Shown one piece after another: positions 47,460 to 60,900 of a stretch of DNA of 64,000 bases (position 1 is its first letter; every line of letters begins with the position of its first letter). This DNA is from Macrostomum hystrix (Eukaryota > Animalia > Platyhelminthes), in contig CATNEN010000037.1 in assembly GCA_950097015.1 (NCBI GenBank), positions 2,666,001 through 2,730,000 of the forward strand. The letters are read 5' to 3'. The translations under genes were made by a program, and so were the position numbers. The notes beneath the pieces are model-generated. The model saw only the letters and a program-made list of their open reading frames with translations. It did no database searches and was not told the DNA's origin.

Positions 47460-48660
47460 CAAACGCCACTGGCAATGTCCCTTCTGGTACCACTGGCAAT
47501 GTCCCTTCTGCATGGTACCACTGGCAATGTCCCTTCTGCGTGGTACCACTGGCAATGTCCCTTCTGCATGGTACCACTGGCAATGTCCCTTCTGCATGGT
47601 ACCACTGGCAATGTCCCTTCTGCGTGGTACCACTGGCAATGTCCCTTCTGCATGGTACCACTGGCAATGTCCCTTCTGCGTGGTACCACTGGCAATGTCC
47701 CTTCTGCATGGTACCACTGGCAATGTCCCTTCTGCATGGTACCACTGGCAATGTCCCTTCTGCATGGTACCACTGGCAATGTCCCTTCTGCGTGGTACCA
47801 CTGGCAATGTCCCTTCTGCATGGTACCACTGGCAATGTCCCTTCTGCGTGGTACCACTGGCAATGTCCCTTCTGCATGGTACCACTGGCAATGTCCCTTC
47901 TGCGTGGTACCACTGGCAATGTCCCTTCTGCATGGTACCACTGGCAATGTCCCTTCTGCATGGTACCACTGGCAATGTCCCTTCTGCGTGGTACCACTGG
48001 CAATGTCCCTTCTGCATGGTACCACTGGCAATGTCCCTTCTGCGTGGTACCACTGGCAATGTCCCTTCTGCATGGTACCACTGGCAATGCCCCATCTAGC
48101 GCCACTGGCAATGTCCCTTCTGGTACCACTGGCAATGTCCCTTCTGCGTGGTACCACTGGCAATGTCCCTTCTGCATGGTACCACTGGCAATGCCCCATC
48201 TAGCGCCACTGGCAATGTCCCTTCTGGTACCACTGGCAATGCCCCATCTAGCGCCACTGGCAATGTCCCTTCTGCATGGTACCACTGGCAATGTCCCTTC
48301 TGCATCGTACCACTGGCAATGCCCCATCTAGCGCCACTGGTAATGTCCCTTGTGGTAACCACTGGTAATACCCCTTCTGGTACCACTGACAATGACCCTT
48401 CTACTAGCACCACTGGCAATATCCCTTATAGCACCACTGCCAATGTCGATTCTGGTGCTACTTGCAATGTCCCTTCAAATGCCACTGGCAAAGCCTCATC
48501 TAGCGCCACTAGCAATGTCCCTTCTGGTAACTGGAAATGTCCCTTCTAGCACCACTGGCAATCTCCCATCTCGTACCACAGGTAATACCCCTTCTAGCAC
48601 CACTGCCAATATCAATTTTGGTGCCACTGCATATTAATGTCTCTTCAATCGCCACTGGTA
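47460..48660. repeat. Minisatellite, 28-bp unit GGTACCACTGGCAATGTCCCTTCTGC(A/G)T, grading into diverged 27-bp units
   Basis: Homogeneous 47490-48090, mixed 48090-48340, diverged 48340-48660. Confidence 0.95.
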
Positions 48661-49311
48661 ATATCTTTGTGACGCAACAAGAATTGAAAGTAGACTTAGA
48701 TACGAAAAATAATACGCATATCATTTGGTTTCCTTAAATTGAAAGTAACAAAGTCTGTTCTCTCATAAACAAAACATGGCCTGAAAAGCGCTGAGTCTTC
48801 TGGATTCAATTTGTGTGGCTTATTTCCGTCTTAGAACAAAGAGCAAAGTGGTTTTAGTGTTCTCAAACACATATATGACCGCACAATAAGAGCTATTGTC
48901 TGGCGAATTTATTCTAGTTGTTCTTTTTCCAAATTTCAGCTGAACATTACTTTTAGGTCGCGATTCGTATTAACTGTAGTCTAGTATTGAGCAAGTCTTA
49001 CTCTCGTTTTTAGCGCTAGCGTCATGGCATGCAATAACAGCTGACAGCTGAAGCCAATGCATAAACTAAAGACAATAGCATGACCATAGCTAACTGCATA
49101 CTTGCATTGCCTAAACCCTCAGTGTGGTTGGATTTAGCTGTTTCGTCATTGAGTTGTATCGTGCTCGCAATTGAAACAAATAATTATACAATAGAACAGC
49201 AAGCGAATAGATAGAACAAATCAGAATTTCAAGATTTCGAATGTTAGAACCTATTTTCATGAACTTTAAATATACTGGTTTGTGTCAGAGCCCAATTCAT
49301 TACACCTGCCC

Positions 49312-49509
49312 CAAAGCACAGCCGCAGCTATTGCGCGGCGCGTCTGAAGGCAACGTACGGTTGTTTAGTCCATGGACTGTGACCATGGACGCCACATCCA
49401 CCTTCAATTACCCCAGCTATTGCTGATACGGGACACTTATTGTTCCAGTGGAGGCGAGAATCGAACCCCGTCCTTCAAATCCGACGCACTAACTACTAGG
49501 CTACAAGCT
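49312..49509 (-). mobile_element. SINE family A copy with internal deletion
   Basis: GCACAGCCG.AGCTATTGCGCG.CGC.TCTGAAGG...TTGTTCCAGTGGAG.CGAGAATCGAA...GGCTACAAGCT matches 12800-13050. Confidence 0.75.
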
Positions 49510-50335
49510 CCAGTTTATTTATGCACGCTGCGTTCCAGTACTCAACTTGTGTACTCAACCCCCATGGCAGGTCACAGCCCAATTTCGCAGCAAATTATCT
49601 CTGTACTGGTGCTGATAATAGCATGGAATTCTCTCAGAACTGTGTTTACTAACTGCGATAATGGTGCCATTTGAAATGAATAAACTTTTTGTTATAAGGC
49701 CTGCCGAACTCATTGTGATATGCCGATTTGTAGAAGAACAAAAGTATCTGCTCTGTTTAGTCATCAAGGCACAAGGTTATCAATCTGCGTTACAATTGAT
49801 TTGGGCTGAAATGCGTGACACAACATGATTGACGATCAGTCTTTTCCAGTGGACGAATGGTTTGTAAGAAATAAAGAACAGAAAAGACAGACCGGAGTTT
49901 TTTCGTGTTAAACTTAATGACGCAATCGGGGTAAACTTTTTTTCTCTACATTAGTGCAATTCAGCTTGTATTTAAATAGCATGCACGGAAATGAAAACGA
50001 AAAATAAACCTTTTGTTATCGTTGAATCAATTTCGGCAAGTATGAAAAACACCAGGATGAGTTCGCATCATTAACTCGTATGTACATGAACAGATAGATA
50101 CACGCTTAGAAATTATCGCTGCAAAAATATAATATGATTCTAAATAGCGACGAAAAGCTCTATTCCTTGTTGTTAAACATCAGACAAGACACGACATCAA
50201 TATACACAGGATGCGTATTCTACGACTACAAAGTACTATAATATAGAAACTGAAATATTTGATATACAATATTTATTTTCATGTTTCAGGTTTTGCTCAA
50301 CGAATGCCCATCAGGCCAGGTTCTCGCAGTCTCAA

Positions 50336-51248
50336 TTAATCGTCTTCGTCGCTATCAATGCAAAATGTGGCTCTTCGAGGCGGCGGCAGCAGGGCGGCCC
50401 GATAGTTTCCTCCGTCGTTGTTGTCCCACAGACAGGGGGCCGTCTCATTGTCGCCCTGACAGCCGAGGCAAAATTCGAATTCAACCTGCTCTGTGATTGG
50501 GTCGAGGCCGCCAGCTGCCGACAGGGGCAGCTGGAAGGCGAACGAGTCTCCCTTGTCATTCTCGACTGGCGCCAGCGAAGGCGGCCTCGATATCTGCGAA
50601 GCTGCGCCAGGCGTTCAGCGTGACGCGAACGAAGACGCGCTTCTGGTAGCCCGTGTTGATCGTCACGGCTCGGCCGACAATGGAGCAGGAGCGAATGTCC
50701 AGTCGGAGCTCGAAGAGGCGCACACCGTCACCCTCAGACTTCAGCATCGACAGAACTGTCTCCAGGCCGGGCAGCTTGAATTGGCGCTCCAGTCTCGGAG
50801 CGTCCCTCGCATCGCTTTCGTCCAGCCTAGCCGGAGCCGACTTCCAGGCGTTGTCGATGTGCAATTCCTCGTGCTCGAAGCAGATTGGCGGATCCGGCTT
50901 GTACAGACGAATTTCGATGAGCGATCGTCCCAGATCATCGGCAAAGCGAACCCGCTGACGTCGTTCATTAGAGGCCGCGGCAGCTTTGTCTTTCCTGACC
51001 AGCTCGGCGGCAAGAGCCGGTGAATAGTTCGACGTTGTGTCGGAAGCTGTCCACTGGCATTCCTTCAGAGGTCGCTTCTCGCTGAAGTAGCGGGCAAGAA
51101 ACTCATCGGGCTGTTTGCGCAGCTCGTCCCCGATTGAAAACGCGTCTTCCGCCAGCTGCTGCAACTGCTGCTGCTGCTGCAGGCTGCATCGGCACTGGCA
51201 GCCGCCCCCGGCTGCCTGCTGCTGTGTGGCTACTTTGAACTGGCACAT
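50336..51248 (-). CDS. PPP1R3: Glycogen-targeting PP1 regulatory subunit (PPP1R3 family; RVxF + CBM21), single exon, one frameshift as assembled
   Basis: PP1 docking motif RQRVRFADDLGRSLIEIRLY; CBM21 GVRLFEL...GRAVTINTGYQKRVFVRVTLNAWRSFADIEA. After a +1 shift near 50570 the frame continues ENDKGDSFAFQLPL...VEFEFCL...LWDNNDGGNYR...EDD* (stop 50338-50336). The span of 913 nt is 3n+1. Confidence 0.88.
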
Positions 51249-51864
51249 TGATTAGCAACTATAGCGGTAGCATCTGCTCTGCTTGACGCCACTTATTTCT
51301 CCCTACTTAGCTGGCCTTCCCACACAGCGCTCCCTTTTTATGCGATAGAAACTGTTCAGAGTTCGCTAGTCCTGCAGTCCCACCCCTGAAAGCCCCTATT
51401 TTAGGTACAATATCACACTCTTCTTTTCTTTCCCTCTCTGGTTTCTAGATTCTAATTGGCTCGCGGTCCAAGGTCATTCATTCAATTCTCAGCTGACTTT
51501 GCCGTTCTTTCCAGGCTTAACAGAAGAGGCGCGCCACAAACCTGGGGCGGGTGAGATTTCCGCACTCATTTTTGACTGAATTGACACACAACACACAAGG
51601 CCTCAAAGAGGTCTGTCTCATCTTTCTTGCTGCTTTTGCTCAAACCAACTACCAAGGTAGTAGGGGGGTAGCGAGAAAAACCGGTTCAAACTAGATTTTT
51701 TTGTTTCGTTTCTGGTGTGACTGCACCGCCGCGCTTGGAAGGCGAAATTCACTTATCATAACAATACAATATTGTTATGCAAATTAATCTACATTTTGCA
51801 ATTGACATCTTAACAAACTGCGACTGACAAACGACTCGAACAAGAACGCCATGATGAGCTAAAG

Positions 51865-52315
51865 CAGGGGTAGGCAAACTTATTTGCTGGCGGGCCAAAG
51901 AGAGAGCCTAAAAGACGACAGCGGGCCGCATTGACTGTATAAATATGAGATAGAGGAGAGATGAGACACGGGAGAGATGAGACACGGGAGAGATAAGATA
52001 GGGAAGAGATTAGACACGGGAGAGATTAGACACGGGAGAGATTAGACACGGGAGAGATTAGATACGAGAGCGATGAGACACGGGAGAGATTAGATACGAG
52101 AGCGATGAGACACGGGAGAGATTAGACACGGGAGAGATTAGACACGGGAGAGATTAGATACGAGAGCGATGAGACACGGGAGAGATTAGACACGAGAGAG
52201 ATTAGACACGAGAGAGATGAAACAGGACACTGTAGATGTCAGAAGGGGCAACGGGCCGGATTTGGGAGCTTCGAGGGCCGCATCTGGCCCGCGGGCCGGA
52301 GTTTGCCGACCCCTG
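51865..52315 (+). mobile_element. Non-autonomous hAT element (MITE), copy 2
   Basis: TIRs CAGGGGTAGGCAAACT / AGTTTGCCGACCCCTG; exact 8-bp TSD AGCTAAAG (51857-51864, 52316-52323). Confidence 0.93.
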
Positions 52316-52559
52316 AGCTAAAGAATGAATTTTTTGAAAGTGAAGCCCAAGTTCTTGCATTCCTACTTGAAGTAGTTGGCTTTGATTAAGCTTTGCTTAT
52401 CTAATTTAGTGACTTATGCAATGATATTGTGCTATCGTTCTAATTTGGATAATGGGACCGTGAAATTTGAGCTGGGCGAACTACAAATTTGTACTTAAAG
52501 ACAAAGCAATGAAAATAAATCATAGATGCCGATATTTCTAAAAGCAAATCCACGTTTAG

Positions 52560-53810
52560 GATCTGATGACCCACTGATGCGACAGATCTGATGGATGTGA
52601 CGGATCTGATGATCCAATGATGTGATGGATCTGATGACCCACTGATGTGATGGATCTGATGACCCACGGATGTGATGGATCTGATGACCGACTGATGTGA
52701 TTGATCTGATGACACACTGATATGATGGATGGATCTGATGACCCACTGATGTGATGGATGGATCTGATGACACACTGATGTGACGGATCTGATGACCCAC
52801 TGATGTGATGGATCTGATGACCCACTGATGTGATGGATGGATCTGATGACACACTGATGTGATGGATCTGGTGACCCACTGATGTGATGGATCTGATGGC
52901 CCACTGATGTGATGGATCTGGTGACCCACTGATGTGATGGATGGATCTGATGACACACTGATGTGATGGATCTGATGACCCACTGATGTGATGGATCTGA
53001 TGACCCACTGATGTGATGGATGGATCTGATGACACACTGATGTGATGGATCTGGTGACCCACTGATGTGATGGATCTGATGGCCCACTGATGTGATGGAT
53101 CTGATGACCCACTGATGTGATGGATGGATCTGATGACCCACTGATGTGATGGATCTGATGACCCACTGATGTGATGGATGGATCTGATGACACACTGATG
53201 TGATGGATCTGATGACCCACTGATGTGATGGATCTGATGACCCACTGATGTGATGGATGGATCTGATGACACACTGATGTGATGGATCTGGTGACCCACT
53301 GATGTGATGGATCTGATGGCCCACTGATGTGATGGATCTGGTGACCCACTGATGTGACGGATCTGATGGCCCACTGATGTGACGGATCTGATGACCCACT
53401 GATGTGACGGATCTGGTGACCCACTGATTTGATGGATCTGATGACCCACTGATGTGATGGATCTGATGACCCACTGATGTGATGGATCTGATGACCCACT
53501 GATGTGATGGATCTGATGACACACTGATATGATGGATCTGATGACCCACTGATGTGATGGATCTGATGACCCACTGATGTGATGGATCTGATGACCCACT
53601 GATGTGATGGATCTGATGACACACTGATGTGACGGATCTGATGACCCACTGATGTGATGGATCTGATGACACACTGATATGATGGATGGATCTGATGACC
53701 CACTGATGTGATGGATCTGATGACCCACTGATGTGATGGATCTGATGACACACTGATGTGATTGATCTGATGACACACTGATATGATGGATGTATCTGAT
53801 GACCCACTGC
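52560..53810. repeat. Minisatellite, 25-bp unit ATCTGATGACCCACTGATGTGATGG with 29-bp variants
   Basis: Direct tandem array. Confidence 0.96.
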
Positions 53811-54399
53811 AGGACCTGGCTGTAATGACCCACTTTTCAGTACCTGTATTTACGTAATGCCCCGCTGCAAACCTGCACTAGTATGGTTATTCCTGGTTGA
53901 GTACGGACAGAACCTTTACACCAGTCTCAGTCGCAACCAGGCAGCTTGAAAAAGATCAACTGTTTGTCTCCTAGCTAACCGAAAGCTTAGTTGGACGAAT
54001 TCAAACATTGTCAGGGGCAGTTGCTTGTGAGATACAAGAGTAGCCCAGCTCCTTCGTTGTCATATGCTAATAGTTGGGTCATTGCTTCTCATTATCTTCG
54101 AACCACGCAGATAAGTACTCGTAGGCCTATTATTAGATATATTTTGCTTATCCTTCACACAGCAACTCATTTTGCTTCCATAACGGCCTGTGATTTTGAG
54201 TTGGTTGATGAAAGTAGATAAACTTTTAATTCATCCTGTCATCCTGATTACATGCTTGCAACATTGCCAGGGACCATCGTTTGACTCTGTCCTTTGCATT
54301 GTACTCAGCCTTGTAGCTTGATGCCTCTGTCTGCTGCAGAGTCTGTTAAATCCGTAGGAGTTTTTGCTTGTTCAACCAGTCGAGCCTAAAATGGGAAGG

Positions 54400-54570
54400 A
54401 GAAGAAGCAGCAAACAGCAAAGTAATATTGCAAATTTCTCATATAGGCTTGCTAGTTAATAAGAAAATGAACAGAGAAAGTTCTTTGTATCTACACCCAT
54501 CAGTAGAATGGGATCGGCAACAAAGGGTTGAATGTTTTTCCAATGGCTCTAGTATAGCTGGTACACTTAG
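54400..54570 (-). pseudogene. Possible relic of a hAT C-terminal dimerisation domain
   Basis: Minus strand LLPIPFY*WV*IQRTFSVHFLIN*QAYMRN loosely fits the hAT consensus LLxIPxTSxxxERxFSxLxxxKxxLRN. Confidence 0.3.
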
Positions 54571-54964
54571 GCGAGTGGATTGATATGCCGTCGTCCAAAT
54601 TCTTGCTTAAAGGACGAAAGTTACAATCCTTTCTTTCAGCTCCAAGAGTTTTCTAATGCGCATATTGAGCATGGGAGCAGAGGGGCCTATTGTCCCTCGA
54701 GACTCAGTGTCAAGCTCAGAAAATAAGTCCGAAAAATCTAAATCTCAGATTATGAGATGGAATAGAAATAGCTGGTTGAATGCGCACACAGGCAAACAAA
54801 ACACAAGTTGTGAGACACTATTTACCAACTAGACAAATGCTCGTTTTTTAACTCCAATTTGTAAAAGTAAAACTTCAACGGACCCAGACATGCCTTAAAA
54901 ATATTTTTTCAGTATGGAGCCTTCCGTATATCCCATCCATATTTTAACATACAAAGCTTAATTA

Positions 54965-57900
54965 TAACTGTTCTTGCACTTACTCCTGACTGTTCTTGAG
55001 ATTACTTCTGACTGTTCTTGAGATTACTCCTGACTGTTTTTGAGATTACTTCTGACTGTTCTTGAGATTACTCCTGACTGTTCTTGAGATTACTTCTGAC
55101 TGTTCTTGCACTTACTCCTGACTGTTCTTGAGATTACTCCTGACTGTTCTTGAGATTACTCCTGACTGTTCTTGAGATTACTCCTGACTGTTCTTGAGAT
55201 TACTCCTGACTGTTCTTGAGATTACTCCTGACTGTTCTTGCACTTACTGTTTTTGAGAATACTCCTGACTGTTTTTGAGAATACTCCTGACTGTTCTTGA
55301 GATTACTCCTGACTGTTCTTGAGATTACTTCTGACTGTTCTTGCACTTACTCCTGACTGTTCTTGAGATTACTCCTGACTGTTCTTGAGATTACTCCTGA
55401 CTGTTTTTGAGATTACTTCTGACTGTTCTTGAGATTACTCCTGACTGTTCTTGAGATTACTTCTGACTGTTCTTGCACTTACTCCTGACTGTTCTTGAGA
55501 TTACTCCTGACTGTTCTTGAGATTACTCCTGACTGTTCTTGAGATTACTCCTGACTGTTCTTGAGATTACTCCTGACTGTTCTTGAGATTACTCCTGACT
55601 GTTCTTGAGATTACTCCTGACTGTTCTTGAGATTACTCCTGACTGTTCTTGAGATTACTTCTGACTGTTCTTGCACTTACTCCTGACTGTTCTTGAGATT
55701 ACTCCTGACTGTTTTTGAGATTACTCCTGACTGTTCTTGAGATTACTCCTGACTGTTCTTGCACTTACTCCTGACTGTTCTTGCACTTACTCCTGACTGT
55801 TCTTGCACTTACTCCTGACTGTTCTTGAGATTACTCCTGACTGTTCTTGCACTTACTCCTGACTGTTCTTGCACTTACTCCTGACTGTTCTTGCACTTAC
55901 TCCTGACTGTTCTTGAGATTACTCCTGACTGTTCTTGAGATTACTTCTGACTGTTCTTGAGATTACTCCTGACTGTTCTTGAGATTACTCCTGACTGTTC
56001 TTGCACTTACTCCTGACTGTTCTTGCACTTACTCCTGACTGTTCTTGCACTTACTCCTGACTGTTCTTGAGATTACTCCTGACTGTTCTTGAGATTACTC
56101 CTGACTGTTTTTGAGATTACTCCTGACTGTTCTTGCACTTACTCCTGACTGTTCTTGAGATTACTTCTGACTGTTCTTGCACTTACTCCTGACTGTTCTT
56201 GCACTTACTCCTGACTGTTCTTGCACTTACTCCTGACTGTTCTTGCACTTACTCCTGACTGTTCTTGCACTTACTCCTGACTGTTCTTGCACTTACTCCT
56301 GACTGTTCTTGCACTTACTCCTGACTGTTCTTGCACTTACTCCTGACTGTTCTTGCACTTACTCCTGACTGTTCTTGCACTTACTCCTGACTGTTCTTGC
56401 ACTTACTCCTGACTGTTCTTGAGATTACTCCTGACTGTTTTTGAGATTACTCCTGACTGTTCTTGAGATTACTCCTGACTGTTCTTGCACTTACTCCTGA
56501 CTGTTCTTGCACTTACTCCTGACTGTTCTTGCACTTACTCCTGACTGTTCTTGAGATTACTCCTGACTGTTCTTGCACTTACTCCTGACTGTTCTTGCAC
56601 TTACTCCTGACTGTTCTTGCACTTACTCCTGACTGTTCTTGAGATTACTCCTGACTGTTCTTGAGATTACTTCTGACTGTTCTTGAGATTACTCCTGACT
56701 GTTCTTGAGATTACTCCTGACTGTTCTTGCACTTACTCCTGACTGTTCTTGCACTTACTCCTGACTGTTCTTGCACTTACTCCTGACTGTTCTTGAGATT
56801 ACTCCTGACTGTTCTTGAGATTACTCCTGACTGTTCTTGCACTTACTCCTGACTGTTCTTGCACTTACTCCTGACTGTTCTTGCACTTACTCCTGACTGT
56901 TCTTGAGATTACTCCTGACTGTTCTTGAGATTACTCCTGACTGTTTTTGAGATTACTCCTGACTGTTCTTGAGATTACTCCTGACTGTTCTTGAGATTAC
57001 TTCTGACTGTTCTTGAGATTACTTCTGACTGTTCTTGAGATTACTCCTGACTGTTTTTGAGAATACTCCTGACTGTTCTTGAGATTACTCCTGACTGTTT
57101 TTGAGATTACTCCTGACTGTACTTGCACTTACTCCTGACTGTTCTTGAGATTACTTCTGACTGTTCTTGAGATTACTCCTGACTGTTCTTGAGATTACTC
57201 CTGACTGTTCTTGAGATTACTTCTGACTGTTCTTGAGATTACTCCTGACTGTTTTTGAGATTACTCCTGACTGTTTTTGAGATTACGTCTGACTGTTCTT
57301 GAGATTACTCCTGACTGTTCTTGAGATTACTCCTGACTGTTCTTGAGATGACTCCTGACTGTTCTTGAGATTACTCCTGACTGTTCTTGAGATTACTCCT
57401 GACTGTTCTTGAGATTACTCCTGACTGTTCTTGAGATTACTCCTGACTGTTCTTGAGATTACTCCTGACTGTTCTTGAGATTACTCCTGACTGTTCTTGA
57501 GATTACTCCTGACTGTTCTTGAGATTACTCCTGACTGTTCTTGAGATTACTCCTGACTGTTTTTGAGATTACTCCTGACTGTTCTTGAGATTACTCCTGA
57601 CTGTTTTTGAGATTACTCCTGACTGTTCTTGAGATTACTCCTGACTGTTCTTGAGATTACTCCTGACTGTTCTTGAGATGACTCCTGACTGTTCTTGAGA
57701 TGACTCCTGACTGTTCTTGAGATTACTCCTGACTGTTCTTGAGATGACTCCTGACTGTTCTTGAGATTACTCCTGACTGTTCTTGAGATTACTCCTGACT
57801 GTTCTTGAGATTACTCCTGACTGTTCTTGAGATTACGTCTGACTGTTCTTGAGATTACTCCTGACTGTTCTTGAGATTACTTCTGACTGTTCTTGAGATT

Positions 57901-60900
57901 ACTCCTGACTGTTCTTGAGATTACTTCTGACTGTTCTTGAGATTACTCCTGACTGTTCTTGAGATTACTTCTGACTGTTCTTGAGATTACTCCTGACTGT
58001 TTTTGAGATTACTCCTGACTGTTCTTGAGATTACTCCTGACTGTTCTTGAGATTACTCCTGACTGTTTTTGAGATTACTCCTGACTGTTCTTGCACTTAC
58101 TCCTGACTGTTCTTGCACTTACTCCTGACTGTTCTTGAGATTACTCCTGACTGTTCTTGAGATTACTCCTGACTGTTCTTGAGATTACTCCTGACTGTTC
58201 TTGAGATTACTCCTGACTGTTCTTGAGATTACTCCTGACTGTTCTTGAGATTACTCCTGACTGTTTTTGAGAATACTCCTGACTGTTCTTGAGATTACTC
58301 CTGACTGTTCTTGAGATTACTCCTGACTGTTCTTGAGATTACTCCTGACTGTTTTTGAGATTACTCCTGACTGTTCTTGCACTTACTCCTGACTGTTCTT
58401 GCACTTACTCCTGACTGTTCTTGAGATTACTCCTGACTGTTCTTGAGATTACTCCTGACTGTTTTTGAGATTACTCCTGACTGTTCTTGCACTTACTCCT
58501 GACTGTTCTTGCACTTACTCCTGACTGTTCTTGAGATTACTCCTGACTGTTCTTGAGATTACTCCTGACTGTTCTTGAGATTACTCCTGACTGTTCTTGA
58601 GATTACTCCTGACTGTTCTTGAGATTACTCCTGACTGTTCTTGAGATTACTCCTGACTGTTTTTGAGAATACTCCTGACTGTTCTTGAGATTACTCCTGA
58701 CTGTTCTTGAGATTACTCCTGACTGTTCTTGAGATTACTCCTGACTGTTCTTGAGATTACTCCTGACTGTTCTTGAGATTACTCCTGACTGTTCTTGAGA
58801 TTACTCCTGACTGTTCTTGCACTTACTGTTTTTGAGAATACTCCTGACTGTTTTTGAGAATACTCCTGACTGTTCTTGAGATTACTCCTGACTGTTCTTG
58901 AGATTACTCCTGACTGTTCTTGAGATTACTCCTGACTGCTCTTGAGATTACTCCTGACTGTTTTTGAGAATACTCCTGACTGTTCTTGAGATTACTCCTG
59001 ACTGCTCTTGAGATTACTCCTGACTGTTCTTGAGATTACTCCTGACTGTTCTTGAGATTACTCCTGACTGTTCTTGAGATTACTCCTGACTGTTCTTGAG
59101 ATTACTCCTGACTGTTCTTGAGATTACTCCTGACTGTTCTTGAGATTACTCCTGACTGTTCTTGAGATTACTCCTGACTGTTCTTGAGATTACTCCTGAC
59201 TGTTCTTGCACTTACTGTTTTTGAGAATACTCCTGACTGTTTTTGAGAATACTCCTGACTGTTCTTGAGATTACTCCTGACTGTTTTTGAGATTACTCCT
59301 GACTGTTCTTGAGATTACTCCTGACTGTTCTTGAGATTACTCCTGACTGTTCTTGAGATTACTCCTGACTGTTCTTGAGATTACTCCTGACTGTTCTTGA
59401 GATTACTCCTGACTGTTCTTGAGATTACTCCTGACTGTTCTTGAGATTACTCCTGACTGTTCTTGAGATTACTCCTGACTGTTCTTGAGATTACTCCTGA
59501 CTGTTCTTGAGATTACTCCTGACTGTTCTTGAGATTACTCCTGACTGTTCTTGCACTTACTCCTGACTGTTCTTGAGATTACTCCTGACTGTTCTTGAGA
59601 TTACTCCTGACTGTTCTTGCACTTACTCCTGACTGTTCTTGAGATTACTCCTGACTGTTCTTGAGATTACTCCTGACTGTTCTTGAGATTACTCCTGACT
59701 GTTCTTGAGATTACTCCTGACTGTTCTTGAGATTACTCCTGACTGTTCTTGAGATTACTCCTGACTGTTCTTGAGATTACTCCTGACTGTTTTTGAGATT
59801 ACTCCTGACTGTTCTTGAGATTACTCCTGACTGTTTTTGAGATTACTCCTGACTGTTCTTGAGATTACTCCTGACTGTTTTTGAGATTACTCCTGACTGT
59901 TCTTGAGATTACTCCTGACTGTTCTTGAGATTACTCCTGACTGTTCTTGAGATTACTCCTGACTGTTCTTGCACTTACTGTTTTTGAGAATACTCCTGAC
60001 TGTTTTTGAGAATACTCCTGACTGTTCTTGAGATTACTCCTGACTGTTCTTGAGATTACTCCTGACTGTTCTTGAGATTACTCCTGACTGCTCTTGAGAT
60101 TACTCCTGACTGTTTTTGAGAATACTCCTGACTGTTCTTGAGATTACTCCTGACTGCTCTTGAGATTACTCCTGACTGTTCTTGAGATTACTCCTGACTG
60201 TTCTTGAGATTACTCCTGACTGTTCTTGAGATTACTCCTGACTGTTCTTGAGATTACTCCTGACTGTTCTTGAGATTACTCCTGACTGTTCTTGAGATTA
60301 CTCCTGACTGTTCTTGAGATTACTCCTGACTGTTCTTGAGATTACTCCTGACTGTTCTTGAGATTACTCCTGACTGTTCTTGCACTTACTGTTTTTGAGA
60401 ATACTCCTGACTGTTTTTGAGAATACTCCTGACTGTTCTTGAGATTACTCCTGACTGTTTTGAGATTACTCCTGACTGTTCTTGAGATTACTCCTGACTG
60501 TTCTTGAGATTACTCCTGACTGTTCTTGAGATTACTCCTGACTGTTCTTGAGATTACTCCTGACTGTTCTTGAGATTACTCCTGACTGTTCTTGAGATTA
60601 CTCCTGACTGTTCTTGAGATTACTCCTGACTGTTCTTGAGATTACTCCTGACTGTTCTTGAGATTACTCCTGACTGTTCTTGAGATTACTCCTGACTGTT
60701 CTTGAGATTACTCCTGACTGTTCTTGCACTTACTCCTGACTGTTCTTGAGATTACTCCTGACTGTTCTTGAGATTACTCCTGACTGTTCTTGCACTTACT
60801 CCTGACTGTTCTTGAGATTACTCCTGACTGTTCTTGAGATTACTCCTGACTGTTCTTGAGATTACTCCTGACTGTTCTTGAGATTACTCCTGACTGTTCT

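Noticed and set aside
47367-48331. Cys/His/Trp-rich repeat ORFs (WYHWQCPFC) resembling metal-binding proteins
   Set aside because: The 28-bp unit is not a multiple of 3 and is open in several frames on both strands; a repeat artefact.
52440-53833. 425-455-aa His/Ser-rich ORFs in three frames
   Set aside because: Translations of a 25-bp minisatellite.
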